DNA of 64,000 nt, taken from positions 63,844-127,843 of the forward strand of contig JAGTQF010000001.1 in assembly GCA_018396655.1 (NCBI GenBank), given 5' to 3'. The translations under genes were made by a program, and so were the position numbers. Below the pieces are notes generated by a model that saw only the letters and a list, made by a program, of their open reading frames with translations, had not been told where the DNA came from and ran no database searches. Below, in pieces: positions 1 to 10,015 of the stretch. Source of the stretch: Candidatus Bathyarchaeota archaeon. GTDB lineage: Archaea; Thermoproteota; Bathyarchaeia; Bathyarchaeales; DTEX01. Position 1 is the first letter of the stretch. The number at the start of each line of letters is the position of its first letter.

Positions 1-47
1 TCCATAAAATCGTCTATACGCGTGCTGCCAGCCATCAATAACCCCAT
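1..47 (-). CDS. Partial CDS, 5' end only, running off the window; by context possibly the DHH/RecJ-like gene that often follows rps15 in archaea
   Basis: Open frame from ATG at 47 (or 35) directly after the rps15 stop: MGLLMAGSTRIDDFM...; product guessed only from typical archaeal synteny. Confidence 0.35.
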   Translation of the reverse strand, partial: MGLLMAGSTRIDDFM

Positions 48-49
48 AA

Positions 50-490
50 TCACGCTATAGATGCGACAATAGCTTTATACTCCCAGTTGGGTGGAAGTAT
101 CCCCCTCTCCTTATAATACTCGGATAATCGGTGTATCTTAGACTCAACCAACTGAAGAGCTCTCTTATTATGCTTATCCTTCTTATTCTTCTGTAGATGC
201 GCCGCTATACGCGCAGCCTTCCTAAGAAGATTCTCTAAATCCTCAGGGATTTTGGGCGCTAAGCCATTCTCCCTCAATATCTCAGTTATACTCTTACCGA
301 CGATGGGCTTAACGAGCGGTATGCCATACTGGTCACGTAATATAACGCCTATTTTACTGGGGGGATTGCCCTCCCTAGCAAGCTTAATGACTAGAGCGAT
401 AACCTCATCTGGCGTATATTTACACCAGCTAGGCGGCCTCTTACCGACTGGTCTGGTCGAATGTGAGCGCCCTTTCTCCTTCTTCGGCAA
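50..490 (-). CDS. rps15: 30S ribosomal protein S15 (uS15/S13e)
   Basis: Motifs GRSHSTRP, PSKIGVILRDQYGIP, LQLVESKIHRLSEYYK; TTG start behind GGAGG. Confidence 0.97.
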   Translation of the reverse strand: MPKKEKGRSHSTRPVGKRPPSWCKYTPDEVIALVIKLAREGNPPSKIGVILRDQYGIPLVKPIVGKSITEILRENGLAPKIPEDLENLLRKAARIAAHLQKNKKDKHNKRALQLVESKIHRLSEYYKERGILPPNWEYKAIVASIA

Positions 491-608
491 GGCTTATCCT
501 CCAATAAACTTTTAAAAACAAAAGCAAACCCTTATTTAAAAGCTTTGTTCTGAATAGCCATAAATATTTTTGTGAGTAAAAAATAGAGAGTTGTTTGGGT
601 GGCTAGAG

Positions 609-1403
609 ATGACTGAGAAAATATTCTATCATGAGATGTCTTGGCCTGAAATTAAGAGTGCCATTGAGAAGGGGAAAATTCCTATCCTGCCAGTGGGTAG
701 CGTTGAGCAGCATGGTCCCCATTTACCCCTAATCACGGATGCATTTACGGCTTTTTCTATATGTGTTAGGGCTGCGGAGATTAGCGGCGACCTACTTGTT
801 ATGCCCCCAATATACTACGGTTATAGTACTCATCACATGGATTTTCCCGGAACAATCTCCATAAAAACGTTAAATTTTATGGGCTATATCTATGACGTCT
901 GCAGAAGCCTCGTCCATCATGGCTTCAGAAAAATAATAATTTTTAATGGACATGGTGGAAATGTAGCGCCGCTTCAGATAGTTGCCCGTAGAATATCTGA
1001 AGAAACCGATTCACTCTGCGCATTAATTTCATGGTGGAATCTGGCGAGGGAAGAGATAAGCAAATTAAGAGAGTCCGAGTTCCCTGGTGGAATGGCTCAT
1101 TCATGCGAGCTGGAGACTTCTGTCATGCTTAGTTTAAAGCCTGAATATGTTAGAATGGAGAAGGCTGTTAAAGATATAGGCTTTCCGAAATCCAATTTCA
1201 TTTGGCTTGACATCATGGGACAAAGCCCAGTATACCTAGTCGAGGGCTTCAGCAGATTTTCGAGAACTGGGATAGTAGGTGACCCAACTCTTGCAACAGC
1301 AGAGAAGGGCGAGAAAATATTGAGTGTTGTTGTGCAGAATCTGGTGAGGTTTGTAGCCGAGTTCAAAGCCAGAGAGGTTTGGCCGAGGGTTAATCACCAT
1401 TAA
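609..1403 (+). CDS. Creatininase / creatinine amidohydrolase family protein
   Basis: PVGSVEQHGPHLP, NGHGGN, HSCELETS and G(I/V)VGDP motifs; ATG at 609 preferred over TTG at 591. Confidence 0.9.
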   Translation: MTEKIFYHEMSWPEIKSAIEKGKIPILPVGSVEQHGPHLPLITDAFTAFSICVRAAEISGDLLVMPPIYYGYSTHHMDFPGTISIKTLNFMGYIYDVCRSLVHHGFRKIIIFNGHGGNVAPLQIVARRISEETDSLCALISWWNLAREEISKLRESEFPGGMAHSCELETSVMLSLKPEYVRMEKAVKDIGFPKSNFIWLDIMGQSPVYLVEGFSRFSRTGIVGDPTLATAEKGEKILSVVVQNLVRFVAEFKAREVWPRVNHH

Positions 1404-1497
1404 AATACTTAAGGTTGCTTTATTTGTGGTTAGGAAAGATTAAAAGCATCCTTGCACGATATTAGATATGAACCATTTATGGTTCTAGTGGTTGGAG

Positions 1498-2001
1498 ATG
1501 TGGGACAAAATAGTGAAGTGTTTGGAGGGTTATCCAGAGAGACTCAATGTAGCAAAGATATTGATTAAGAATGGTTTGAGTGTTAGGGATGGAAAAATCT
1601 ATTGCGGTGATATAGTTATTCCAGTTGTTAGGATAAGCCGTGTTGCTGGCGTTGATAGGAGAACTGTAACACAAACAATAAAGATGATTGAAAGCAATCC
1701 AGAACTAAAACTCATCTTTAGTGGAATAAGTCCAGCCGGCCCTTCACTACGCGATGTAGCGAAATACCTAAACTTTGGAGTTGTCGAGATAACACCTGTT
1801 GATGCTAGAATGCCCGGCATACTGGCCGCAGCAGCCTCCTTAATAGCTCAGAAGAAAATAAGCATAAGGCAGGCGATAGTTGATGATCCGGAGCTCACAC
1901 CTGAACCCAAGCTTGTCTTAATAACTGAGACTAAGGTTCCGGGAGAGCTTATACCGGAGTTCCTAAAGATTAGAGGGGTCTCGAAGGTCTCAGTATATTA
2001 G
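1498..2001 (+). CDS. ACT-domain regulator of amino-acid metabolism (COG2150-like)
   Basis: N-terminal HTH-like GVDRRTV and C-terminal ACT-like GIL...ISIRQAIVDDPEL typical of this archaeal family. Confidence 0.85.
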   Translation: MWDKIVKCLEGYPERLNVAKILIKNGLSVRDGKIYCGDIVIPVVRISRVAGVDRRTVTQTIKMIESNPELKLIFSGISPAGPSLRDVAKYLNFGVVEITPVDARMPGILAAAASLIAQKKISIRQAIVDDPELTPEPKLVLITETKVPGELIPEFLKIRGVSKVSVY

Positions 2002-2037
2002 GCTTAAGCCGAAACTGGAAGGGAAGGGTCTCCTAAG

Positions 2038-2694
2038 GTGTTCGACATACTGGGGATTGTAGCAGCATCCTTTATGACAGCGCTATATGGGGCTATAGTT
2101 CCTGGACCGGTCTTCGCACTAGTGGTTTCGGAATCTTTAAAGGGCGGTAAGATAGCTGGTCCCATAATAGTCCTAGGGCATTTCATAGTAGAGTGGATTA
2201 TCATTTCCGCTATCTTCCTTGGCGCTGGCCCCATACTAAGCTCTGAAGAAGCTAAGATTGTTGTGGGTTATGTTGGCGGCATCATACTTGGGCTTATAGG
2301 CTTGAAGATACTTAGGGATTCTTTGCATATCAAAATCATTGATGTCTCCTCCCCCGGCGTCAGCTCAGAAAAGGCGGGGGTTTTCTTACGCAGCCTGATT
2401 TTATCCGGTTTTATTGCTAGTTGCTCAAACCCATACTTCTTTCTATGGTGGTTGACTACCGGGTTATTTTTGATAATGAATTCTTTCTCAATGGCCGGGA
2501 TTCTAGGTTTTATACTGTTTTTGATTGGGCATATGGCTGCGGACCTTTCGTGGTTTACTCTAGTAAGCTATTCTGTCCATAGGGGTAGAAGAGTAGTAAG
2601 TGAGAGAGTTATTCGAGCGATACTCTTGGCAAGCGCCATCTTCCTTACAGCGTTCGCAGCCTACATAATGCTTTCAGTTTGGATTGGAATCTGA
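2038..2694 (+). CDS. LysE family translocator
   Basis: PGPVF...G...GH motif, SNPYFFLWW, about six hydrophobic segments. Confidence 0.88.
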   Translation: MFDILGIVAASFMTALYGAIVPGPVFALVVSESLKGGKIAGPIIVLGHFIVEWIIISAIFLGAGPILSSEEAKIVVGYVGGIILGLIGLKILRDSLHIKIIDVSSPGVSSEKAGVFLRSLILSGFIASCSNPYFFLWWLTTGLFLIMNSFSMAGILGFILFLIGHMAADLSWFTLVSYSVHRGRRVVSERVIRAILLASAIFLTAFAAYIMLSVWIGI

Positions 2695-2793
2695 TATGCC
2701 AATCAATATATGGCTGTTTTCCCAAGCAAAACACTTTTACATAGGCTATTCCTTTATTCTCTGAATCTCATTGAGCAGCGTGGCTGGCGAGAG

Positions 2794-5703
2794 TTGGCGG
2801 CTGAGGAAACGCAGCAAATACATGCTCATGCTATAGAGAGAAATGTATTCGATTTGCTAGCCCGCCCCATACGTAAACTTATTGAAGAGAAGGGCTTCAA
2901 ATCCCCAACTGAGCCACAGTCAAAAGTTATACCCTTAATTCTTGAGGGAAAGAATGTTTTATTAATATCGCCAACAGCAAGTGGTAAGACTGAGGCTGCA
3001 ATACTCCCAATATTAAATATGCTCATTCAGATGCCGAAGAGGGAGCCGGGAATAAAAGTTCTATATATCACGCCTCTGAGGGCTTTAAACCGCGACATGC
3101 TTGAGCGTCTAGAATGGTGGTGCAATAATCTAGACATTAGGTTGGCTGTTAGGCACGGTGATACAGACGCAAATGAGCGCTCGAAGCAAGCTAGGAGCCC
3201 ACCGGACATGCTCATAACAACGCCGGAAACCCTCCAGTCTATATTGTCCGGTTGGATTATGCGCCGCCACCTCCAGCCCATAAGATGGGTTGTTGTTGAT
3301 GAAGTTCATGAGCTGGCTGATAGTAAGCGTGGAAGCCAACTGGCCCTTGCCCTTGAGAGGCTTAGGGCTATAACCGTAAAAGACTTCCAAATAATTGGGC
3401 TATCAGCAACTATTGGCACACCAGAGAGGGTTGCGCAGTTTCTCGTTGGGAATAATAGACCGATTGAGATAGTCCGCGTGCCAGTTGCCAGGTTAATGAG
3501 GCTTCAGATACTTTATCCTAAACCTGAACCACAAGATTATGAGCTCGCTTCAATGTTATTCACGCATCCGGAGGTCGCGGCTAGGCTCCGCATAATGCGC
3601 CAGCTAATTGAGAAGCATAATTCGGTCCTGTTATTCACGAATACTCGAACAATCTCAGAAATTCTGGCGAGCAGATTCAAAATATGGGATGTAAACTTCC
3701 CAGTCTCAATCCATCATGGTTCATTGGCCAAACCATCTAGAATTGCGGCTGAGAAGGGCTTGAAAGAGGGTGAACTGCGTGGTTTAGTCTGCACAAGCAG
3801 CCTTGAGCTGGGGATAGATGTTGGCAGAATAGACCTAGTTATACAGTATATGAGTCCAAGGCAGGTTACGCGCCTAATACAGCGTGTTGGCAGAAGCGGT
3901 CATAGGATTGGGCGCATGGCAAATGGCATAATCATAACGATGGATTCAGATGACACGCTGGAGGCCATGGTTATTGGCAGAAAAGCCTATAGGGAGGAGC
4001 TTGAACCCGTCGATATACCCGAGAAACCATTTGATGTTTTAGCCCATCAGATAGCAGCATTCCTGCTAAAGAGAAAACGCTTGGAATTCAATGAAATATA
4101 TGAGGTTTACAGCAAAGCATATCCCTACAGGGACTTAACAATGGATGATATAAAGCGGATTCTAGAGTATATGCATAATCGCTTCCCGAGACTTGCATGG
4201 GTCTCATTTGAGGATGGAGTTGTCCTAAAGCCTCGTAGAACAAAAGCCCTATTTGAATACTTCTTTGAGAACCTATCAATGATACCGGATGAAAAACACT
4301 ATCTTGTCATAGATAAGGATACAGATACAGCCGTTGGACTACTTGACGAGGCATTCGTGGCAGAATATGGTAAGCCAGGTGTTAAATTCATAATTCGTGG
4401 GAGCCCATGGAAAATAGTGAATGTGGACGCTGACAAAATCTATGTGAAGTCCGTTAATGACCCAACGGGTGCAATCCCAAGCTGGGTTGGCGAGGAGATT
4501 CCGGTGCCATTTGAGGTTGCGCAGGAAGTTGGTCAGATAAGGGGTTTTGTGGAAGAGCGGTTAAAGGTTGGTCTCAGCCCAGATGAGATAGCCGAAGAGC
4601 TATCGACCAAGTATCCCGCCGACAAGAAGACGATTTTAGACGCCATAGCAGAGACTGTTGAGCACGTTAAGATGGGTTATCCGGTTCCAACAGACAAGCG
4701 TATAATCGTTGAGGAGTGGGAGGACTTCATCATTTTACAGTGCAACTTCGGCTCCCTAACTAATAGGGCTTTAGCGCAGATACTAGGCCATATAGTATCT
4801 GAGATAACCGGATACTCAATCGTAGTCCAGCACGACCCATATAGAATTTTCATCCAAACGATGGGTGAAGTTAAGCCTGAAACCATCATAAATATACTTT
4901 CAGACCTCAAAAACTCAAGTGAAGAATTAATTAAAGAAACTTTGACGAGAGCCGTCATTAAAACTGGTATATTTAAGAGGCGTCTGATACATGTTGCCAG
5001 AAGATTTGGCGCAATACAGAAGTGGGTTGACTTTGAGAGCGTAAGCCTAAGAAATCTAATTAAGAGTTTCGAGGACACCATAATATATGATGAGGCTCTA
5101 AAAGAGGTCTTCACAAAAGACCTAGACCTCAAAAACTTAATTAATGTTCTGGATATGATGAGGCGGGGTGAGATAGAGGTCGTTAAGGTTGAGACTGGCG
5201 GTGAGGCAACGCCGATAGCTCGTGTTGGAATAGAGCGCGTGAGCATGAAGACGGACTTAATACCACCCGAGAAAATGCGTAGAATATTAATAGAGTCCGC
5301 AAAAGCTAGATTGCTTGGTGAGACGAGAACATTTGTCTGCACAGAATGTTGGGATTACATAGAGATGATAACCCTTAAAGACTTACCGGACAAGCCCTTA
5401 TGTCCAAAGTGCGGCTCACCGAAGCTTGGGATGCTTAATGTTGAGGAGGAAGAGGCTTATCCGTTGATAGAGAAGAAGGGTGAGAAGCTAACTAAAAGTG
5501 AAGAATACCTTAAGGATGAAGCTATTGAAACAGCGAAGATAATCTCAAAATATGGTAAGGCGGCAGCCATAGCACTATCTGGCAAGAGGCTTAGGTTAAG
5601 TGATGTCAGAGAAATACTCTTGAAGGAGAGTATGCTGACGGATAAATTCTTTGAGATGATAATTGAAGCTGAGCGTGAGGCGCTAAAACGCAGGTTCTGG
5701 TAG
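2794..5703 (+). CDS. lhr: Lhr-like SF2 ATP-dependent helicase with C-terminal Zn finger
   Basis: SPTASGKT, TPLRALNRD, DEVHE, SAT, TSSLELGID, QRVGRSGH, IPSWVGE; C-terminal CxxC...CPKC; start uncertain (2710 ATG or 2794 TTG). Confidence 0.92.
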   Translation: MAAEETQQIHAHAIERNVFDLLARPIRKLIEEKGFKSPTEPQSKVIPLILEGKNVLLISPTASGKTEAAILPILNMLIQMPKREPGIKVLYITPLRALNRDMLERLEWWCNNLDIRLAVRHGDTDANERSKQARSPPDMLITTPETLQSILSGWIMRRHLQPIRWVVVDEVHELADSKRGSQLALALERLRAITVKDFQIIGLSATIGTPERVAQFLVGNNRPIEIVRVPVARLMRLQILYPKPEPQDYELASMLFTHPEVAARLRIMRQLIEKHNSVLLFTNTRTISEILASRFKIWDVNFPVSIHHGSLAKPSRIAAEKGLKEGELRGLVCTSSLELGIDVGRIDLVIQYMSPRQVTRLIQRVGRSGHRIGRMANGIIITMDSDDTLEAMVIGRKAYREELEPVDIPEKPFDVLAHQIAAFLLKRKRLEFNEIYEVYSKAYPYRDLTMDDIKRILEYMHNRFPRLAWVSFEDGVVLKPRRTKALFEYFFENLSMIPDEKHYLVIDKDTDTAVGLLDEAFVAEYGKPGVKFIIRGSPWKIVNVDADKIYVKSVNDPTGAIPSWVGEEIPVPFEVAQEVGQIRGFVEERLKVGLSPDEIAEELSTKYPADKKTILDAIAETVEHVKMGYPVPTDKRIIVEEWEDFIILQCNFGSLTNRALAQILGHIVSEITGYSIVVQHDPYRIFIQTMGEVKPETIINILSDLKNSSEELIKETLTRAVIKTGIFKRRLIHVARRFGAIQKWVDFESVSLRNLIKSFEDTIIYDEALKEVFTKDLDLKNLINVLDMMRRGEIEVVKVETGGEATPIARVGIERVSMKTDLIPPEKMRRILIESAKARLLGETRTFVCTECWDYIEMITLKDLPDKPLCPKCGSPKLGMLNVEEEEAYPLIEKKGEKLTKSEEYLKDEAIETAKIISKYGKAAAIALSGKRLRLSDVREILLKESMLTDKFFEMIIEAEREALKRRFW

Positions 5704-5800
5704 GAAGCGGGCTGCCAACATCAGCTCATAAAAGTGTAGCGTAAGGTAAAAATAACCCTTTAACAATTAAAACTGAAAATGAAAATAGAGGTGGAATCGA

Positions 5801-6274
5801 TTGTTTATATCCCCCTTCGTTGCATCCCCTATATCAGTTATAAGAAGACTTCTAACAATGGCGGAGCTAAAACCCGGTGAAATATTTGTTGATTTAGGGG
5901 CTGGGGACGGTGGGCCAGTAATAATAGCTGCTAAAGAATTTGGTGCATATGCGATTGGCATAGAGCTGAGAGAGGACCTAGCCAAACAAGCGATGAGAAG
6001 GGTTATTGAGCTGGGCTTACAGGATAGAGTTAAAATAATACATGACGACCTCTTTAACGTCAATATAAGTATGGCGGACGTCGTCTATTTATATCTGACA
6101 ACAAGCGCGAATGAGAAGGTTAGACCTAAACTTGAGGCTGAGCTAAAGAAGGGTGCAAGAGTTGTATCCCATGATTACGAAATAATAGGTTGGAAGCCGG
6201 TTAAAGTTGAGCGCTTCAGCGAAAACTCCTACCTGGGCTCCCCAACCCACACCTTATACCTGTATAAAAGATAA
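5801..6274 (+). CDS. Class I SAM-dependent methyltransferase, archaeal protein-lysine methyltransferase-like
   Basis: PFVASP, DLGAGDG, ADVVYLYL, RVVSHDY; TTG start behind GAGGTGG. Confidence 0.85.
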   Translation: MFISPFVASPISVIRRLLTMAELKPGEIFVDLGAGDGGPVIIAAKEFGAYAIGIELREDLAKQAMRRVIELGLQDRVKIIHDDLFNVNISMADVVYLYLTTSANEKVRPKLEAELKKGARVVSHDYEIIGWKPVKVERFSENSYLGSPTHTLYLYKR

Positions 6275-6363
6275 GAAGTTAAATCGCCGCATAAAAAATC
6301 AAGTTTATTAATATGTTTATTTCATTTTCTCCAGAGGATTAGAAGGGGTTGGGGAAAGCATCT

Positions 6364-6897
6364 ATGGTTTTCATACCATGGAGCTACGTGAACTTGTGGC
6401 GCTGTAATGGATGCGGAATATGCTGCAAAGAATTTGAGGTAGTTTTAACCTTTAATGAGTGGTTATATATAACGAAAAAGTACGGCGTCGGCGTTACTAA
6501 AACTGGACTAAACAAGTTTTTTATGGGCAAGAGAGCGGATGGCTCATGCGTCTTTCTCTATCCAGCCCCAGATGGAAAATGGTTATGCGGACTACAAAAC
6601 AATAAGCCTTTAGCATGTAAACTCTGGCCCTTCAAAATCCTTAATAAACCAACATATAGCGAGGCGAAAGAGGCGCTATTCGAGTATAATGGGCAAAAAT
6701 TTTACGTGTATGTTGACCAGTTCTGTCCGGGAATAAGGTTCGGTCTACCCTCAGCTGAACTAGTTTATAAAATTATACCAGAGTTTATAGAAATAGCGCT
6801 AGGGATTAGGCAGAAGCAGGTGTATTCAACAATGCGGGCGTCACCGAATTTTTATATAATAAAAATGGGGAGAAATTGGGCTCATAGGCTTATTTAG
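6364..6897 (+). CDS. YkgJ family CxxCxxCC cysteine-cluster protein
   Basis: CNGCGICC, CVFL, C...KPLACKLWPF, CPG. Confidence 0.85.
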   Translation: MVFIPWSYVNLWRCNGCGICCKEFEVVLTFNEWLYITKKYGVGVTKTGLNKFFMGKRADGSCVFLYPAPDGKWLCGLQNNKPLACKLWPFKILNKPTYSEAKEALFEYNGQKFYVYVDQFCPGIRFGLPSAELVYKIIPEFIEIALGIRQKQVYSTMRASPNFYIIKMGRNWAHRLI

Positions 6898-6915
6898 AAC
6901 TCTTTTCTATCCCAG

Positions 6916-9198
6916 CTACTGAACAATCACGTCGGTGAAGAGTTTTCGTCTCAAACCTGATATAACCCTCACTCCACCTGTAACCTCAAATCTCCCGGTT
7001 AATCTTATATCCTCGGATGAGCTGCCAACCATAACCTCATAGACGCCGGGCTCAACGATAAGTCTCATATGCCGGTCGTAGAAGGCCAATTGGTCCATTG
7101 AGAGTATAAACGTAATTCTCTTTTTCTCACTCGGCTCGAGGGTTATCCTCTTAAAGCCCTTAAGCTCCTTAACGGGTCTGGAGACTGAGGCGATTGGATC
7201 GTGGATGTACAATTGTGCTACTTCATCACCCTTAAATTTACCAATATTCTTCAGGTCGAAGCTTATATTGACTTTACCGGCTGGACCAACTTTTTCCGGT
7301 TCTATCTTAAGTGATGAGTATTCGAATTGGGTGTAGCTTAATCCATGCCCAAATGGGAATAGGGGCTTAGCGCTCATGAAGACATAATCTCTAAATGATG
7401 AGGCTCTTCTGCTATAGTAGACTGGTATTTGTCCGGCATCCTGCGGAACACTTATTGGAAGCTTGCCGCCCGGGTTATAATCCCCAAAGAGAACATCAGC
7501 CACAGCATTTCCACCCTCCTCACCTGGGAACCAAGCCTCGACAATCGCCGAAACCCTCTCAGCAGCCCACCTAACCGCCATAGGTCTACCATTCACGAGG
7601 ACAAGTATTAGCGGCTTACCCAGCTCCCAAAGCGCCTTAAGAAGCTCCTCCTGAAAGCCGGGTAGGGATAGGCTGTTTTGGTCCCTTCCCTCACCGGTTA
7701 CAGCTGGCAATCTGAACATTCCAGACCTCTCACCCATAACAGCTATGATGACGTCTGCCTTTGATGCTGCCTCTAGAGCCTCCTTAAATCCCTCCTTCGA
7801 CGGTTCATATATATCACAGCCCCTAGCAAAGTATACTTCGGTTTGCGGCGAAACCTTACTTCTTATCGCCTCAAGTATGCTGACTATTCTGACAGCATCA
7901 ACCTTGCAGTTTAAGTGCACTGTGTAACTGTAGTCGCCCAAAAGCCCTCTAGTAGTATCAGCATTGGGACCTATGACCGCTATCGCCCTCAAATCCTTCT
8001 TCAATGGCAGGACTCCATCATTCTTGAGAAGAATTATCGATTCCTTTGCTGCTCTAAGAGCTAAGGCCCTATCCTCTGGTCTATCGAAGGCCTCCACAGC
8101 TTCCTCAACCTTAACGTAGGGATTATCGAAGAGCCCAAGAAGGAATTTAACTCTTAAAACTCTTGAGACAGCCTCATCAATGAGAGTCTCTGATATGATG
8201 CCCTCTCTAACAGCCTTAAGCAATGGCTCACCATAACATTTAACCCTGGGCAATTCAATATCTATCCCAGCCTCTAGGGCTTGAACAGCAGCCTCCATAT
8301 CATCAGCCGCAACGTGATGGAAGGTCTTAAGCATCTCTATAGCGCCGTAATCCGATACAACATAGCCCTTAAAACCCCATCTAAATCTCAGAATCTCAGT
8401 CAGAAGATCCTTGGAGGCGGCGCATGGGACCCCATCTATATCATGATAAGCATTCATCAATGAGTAGGCTTCAGCCTCCCTAATAGCAGCCTCAAATGGG
8501 AATAAAAAGACCTCCATGAGCTCTCTGGGCGAGACATGAACGGGTGCACAGTTTCTACCGCCCTCCGGAAATCCATGAGCAACAAAATGCTTGGGTGTAG
8601 CAACAACACCAGAAGATAAACTCTCACCCTGAAGGCCTCTAATATATGCCACACCTATGCTGGCAACCAAATATTGGTCTTCACCTAGAGTCTCCTCAGT
8701 CCTGCCCCACCTAGGGTCTCTAGCAACGTCCAAAACCGGTGCAAGCCCCTGATGGGCGCCAATAGCCCTCATCTGCCTTCTAATAACGCTCGTAATGCTC
8801 TGGACCAAATCCGGATTCCATGTGCTCGCCAATCCAATCGCCTGCGGAAACGTCGTTGCACCATAAGCCATTAAACCGCTCAAGCATTCCTCATGGATTA
8901 TCGCTGGTATGCCAAGTCTCGTTTCCTCAACCAGAAACCTTTGGATATCATTTGCTATCTCAGCTACCCTAGACGGCTCTCTAGGACTCTCTGGGGCCTC
9001 GGGCTCCAGAAGCCTTCCAGCTAAACGTGTAATCTGCCCGATTCCCATACCAATCAACTTAGAGGCTTTATCGTGAGAGAACTTGCCATTCTCCAGAAGA
9101 TCTGATGCTGGAATGGAGCCTAACTGCGCAATCTTCTCTTCAATGCTCATCTTTCTAACTAAATCCCTAACCCTATCCTCTAAGGTGCCCATATCCAT
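6916..9198 (-). CDS. Glycoside hydrolase family 3 beta-glucosidase/beta-xylosidase (BglX-like)
   Basis: TRLGIP, DPRWGRTEET, KHF, VVSDY nucleophile motif, LLKND, PFGHGLSYT, C-terminal Fn3-like ELKGF. Confidence 0.95.
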   Translation of the reverse strand: MDMGTLEDRVRDLVRKMSIEEKIAQLGSIPASDLLENGKFSHDKASKLIGMGIGQITRLAGRLLEPEAPESPREPSRVAEIANDIQRFLVEETRLGIPAIIHEECLSGLMAYGATTFPQAIGLASTWNPDLVQSITSVIRRQMRAIGAHQGLAPVLDVARDPRWGRTEETLGEDQYLVASIGVAYIRGLQGESLSSGVVATPKHFVAHGFPEGGRNCAPVHVSPRELMEVFLFPFEAAIREAEAYSLMNAYHDIDGVPCAASKDLLTEILRFRWGFKGYVVSDYGAIEMLKTFHHVAADDMEAAVQALEAGIDIELPRVKCYGEPLLKAVREGIISETLIDEAVSRVLRVKFLLGLFDNPYVKVEEAVEAFDRPEDRALALRAAKESIILLKNDGVLPLKKDLRAIAVIGPNADTTRGLLGDYSYTVHLNCKVDAVRIVSILEAIRSKVSPQTEVYFARGCDIYEPSKEGFKEALEAASKADVIIAVMGERSGMFRLPAVTGEGRDQNSLSLPGFQEELLKALWELGKPLILVLVNGRPMAVRWAAERVSAIVEAWFPGEEGGNAVADVLFGDYNPGGKLPISVPQDAGQIPVYYSRRASSFRDYVFMSAKPLFPFGHGLSYTQFEYSSLKIEPEKVGPAGKVNISFDLKNIGKFKGDEVAQLYIHDPIASVSRPVKELKGFKRITLEPSEKKRITFILSMDQLAFYDRHMRLIVEPGVYEVMVGSSSEDIRLTGRFEVTGGVRVISGLRRKLFTDVIVQ

Positions 9199-9328
9199 AA
9201 GAATCCCCAATCAAAAGAGAAACCTTACCATATAAAAGACTATTGAAAAAGAAGGTGGAAACATAAACTTTATAATTAAAGGAAGCGCAAAAATAATTGG
9301 CTAAAGGGAGGAGCAAAGAGAGAAAAGA

Positions 9329-9449
9329 GGGCCGGTCGTCTAGCTTGGTTAGGACGTCTGCCTGACGGACAAAAATCCAGGAGGCGCAGAAAAAACCTCA
9401 GAAGAAGGTTTCTGCAGGGTCGCCGGTTCAAGTCCGGCCCGGCCCACCA
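9329..9449 (+). tRNA. tRNA-Val(GAC) with two introns (9367-9383 and 9392-9417) and encoded CCA
   Basis: Acceptor stem GGGCCGG/CCGGCCC, D arm GTCTAGCTTGGTTAGGAC, anticodon stem TCTGC/GCAGA, GAC at 9364-9366, T arm GCCGG-TTCAAGT-CCGGC; removing both inserts gives a canonical cloverleaf. Confidence 0.92.
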
Positions 9450-9579
9450 CCCTATACTTGCCATCAGCATCGGCTAAAGTACTAAATGTATAAGCAGTGC
9501 CCCCAAAGGTTCTATTAAAATTTCCGTGTCCAGTCTCATTTTATTCAATTTTGTGACCAGTGGCCTTCATGCCTTCTGT

Positions 9580-9800
9580 TTAATTTTTATGACCTAAGCT
9601 TTAGCAGCCTTTTGAAAGAACTGCTTATTCTTCATGACCAACATCCTTTTTGTATCTATTCTTTTCTATCCAAGCCAGCCATGTCTCTAATCCTCTTTCA
9701 ATAAACCATGAGGCTCTATTTTCAAGACTAAGATGCTTCCTCTCCCATCTCTGTGCTCCTGTTTCTGCCCTCCAGCGAAGGAGCTGAAAAATAGCCCTAA
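9580..9800 (-). pseudogene. Possible decayed tyrosine recombinase/integrase remnant next to the tRNA 3' end
   Basis: Stop-interrupted minus-strand reading gives RAIFQLL...AETGA...LSL (box I-like) and LGHKN at 9583-9597 (box II-like). Confidence 0.35.
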
Positions 9801-10015
9801 AAACTGTATTAATTTTCGATCATAAACCTCAATGAGCTTCCCTTCTAAACCTTCTTTCATTAAATCTTTTGGTAAATTCTGAATCTTACTTTTCCTCCAC
9901 CTTTCAAAATACCATAGTATAAGCGCACCCGATTATCTGGAAAATCCTTTGTCACTAAATGATTAAATCTTTGGTTTTCCATTTTTAGTGATGCTCTATA
10001 GGGCGGTAGAGGAAA

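Noticed and set aside
4677..5342. Long antisense ORFs (here and e.g. 14863-15384, 33720-34217, 36322-36855, 45445-45996)
   Set aside because: They are Ser/Leu/Ile-rich shadows of well-supported genes on the opposite strand
9276..9470. 64-aa minus-strand ORF
   Set aside because: It is the antisense reading of tRNA-Val
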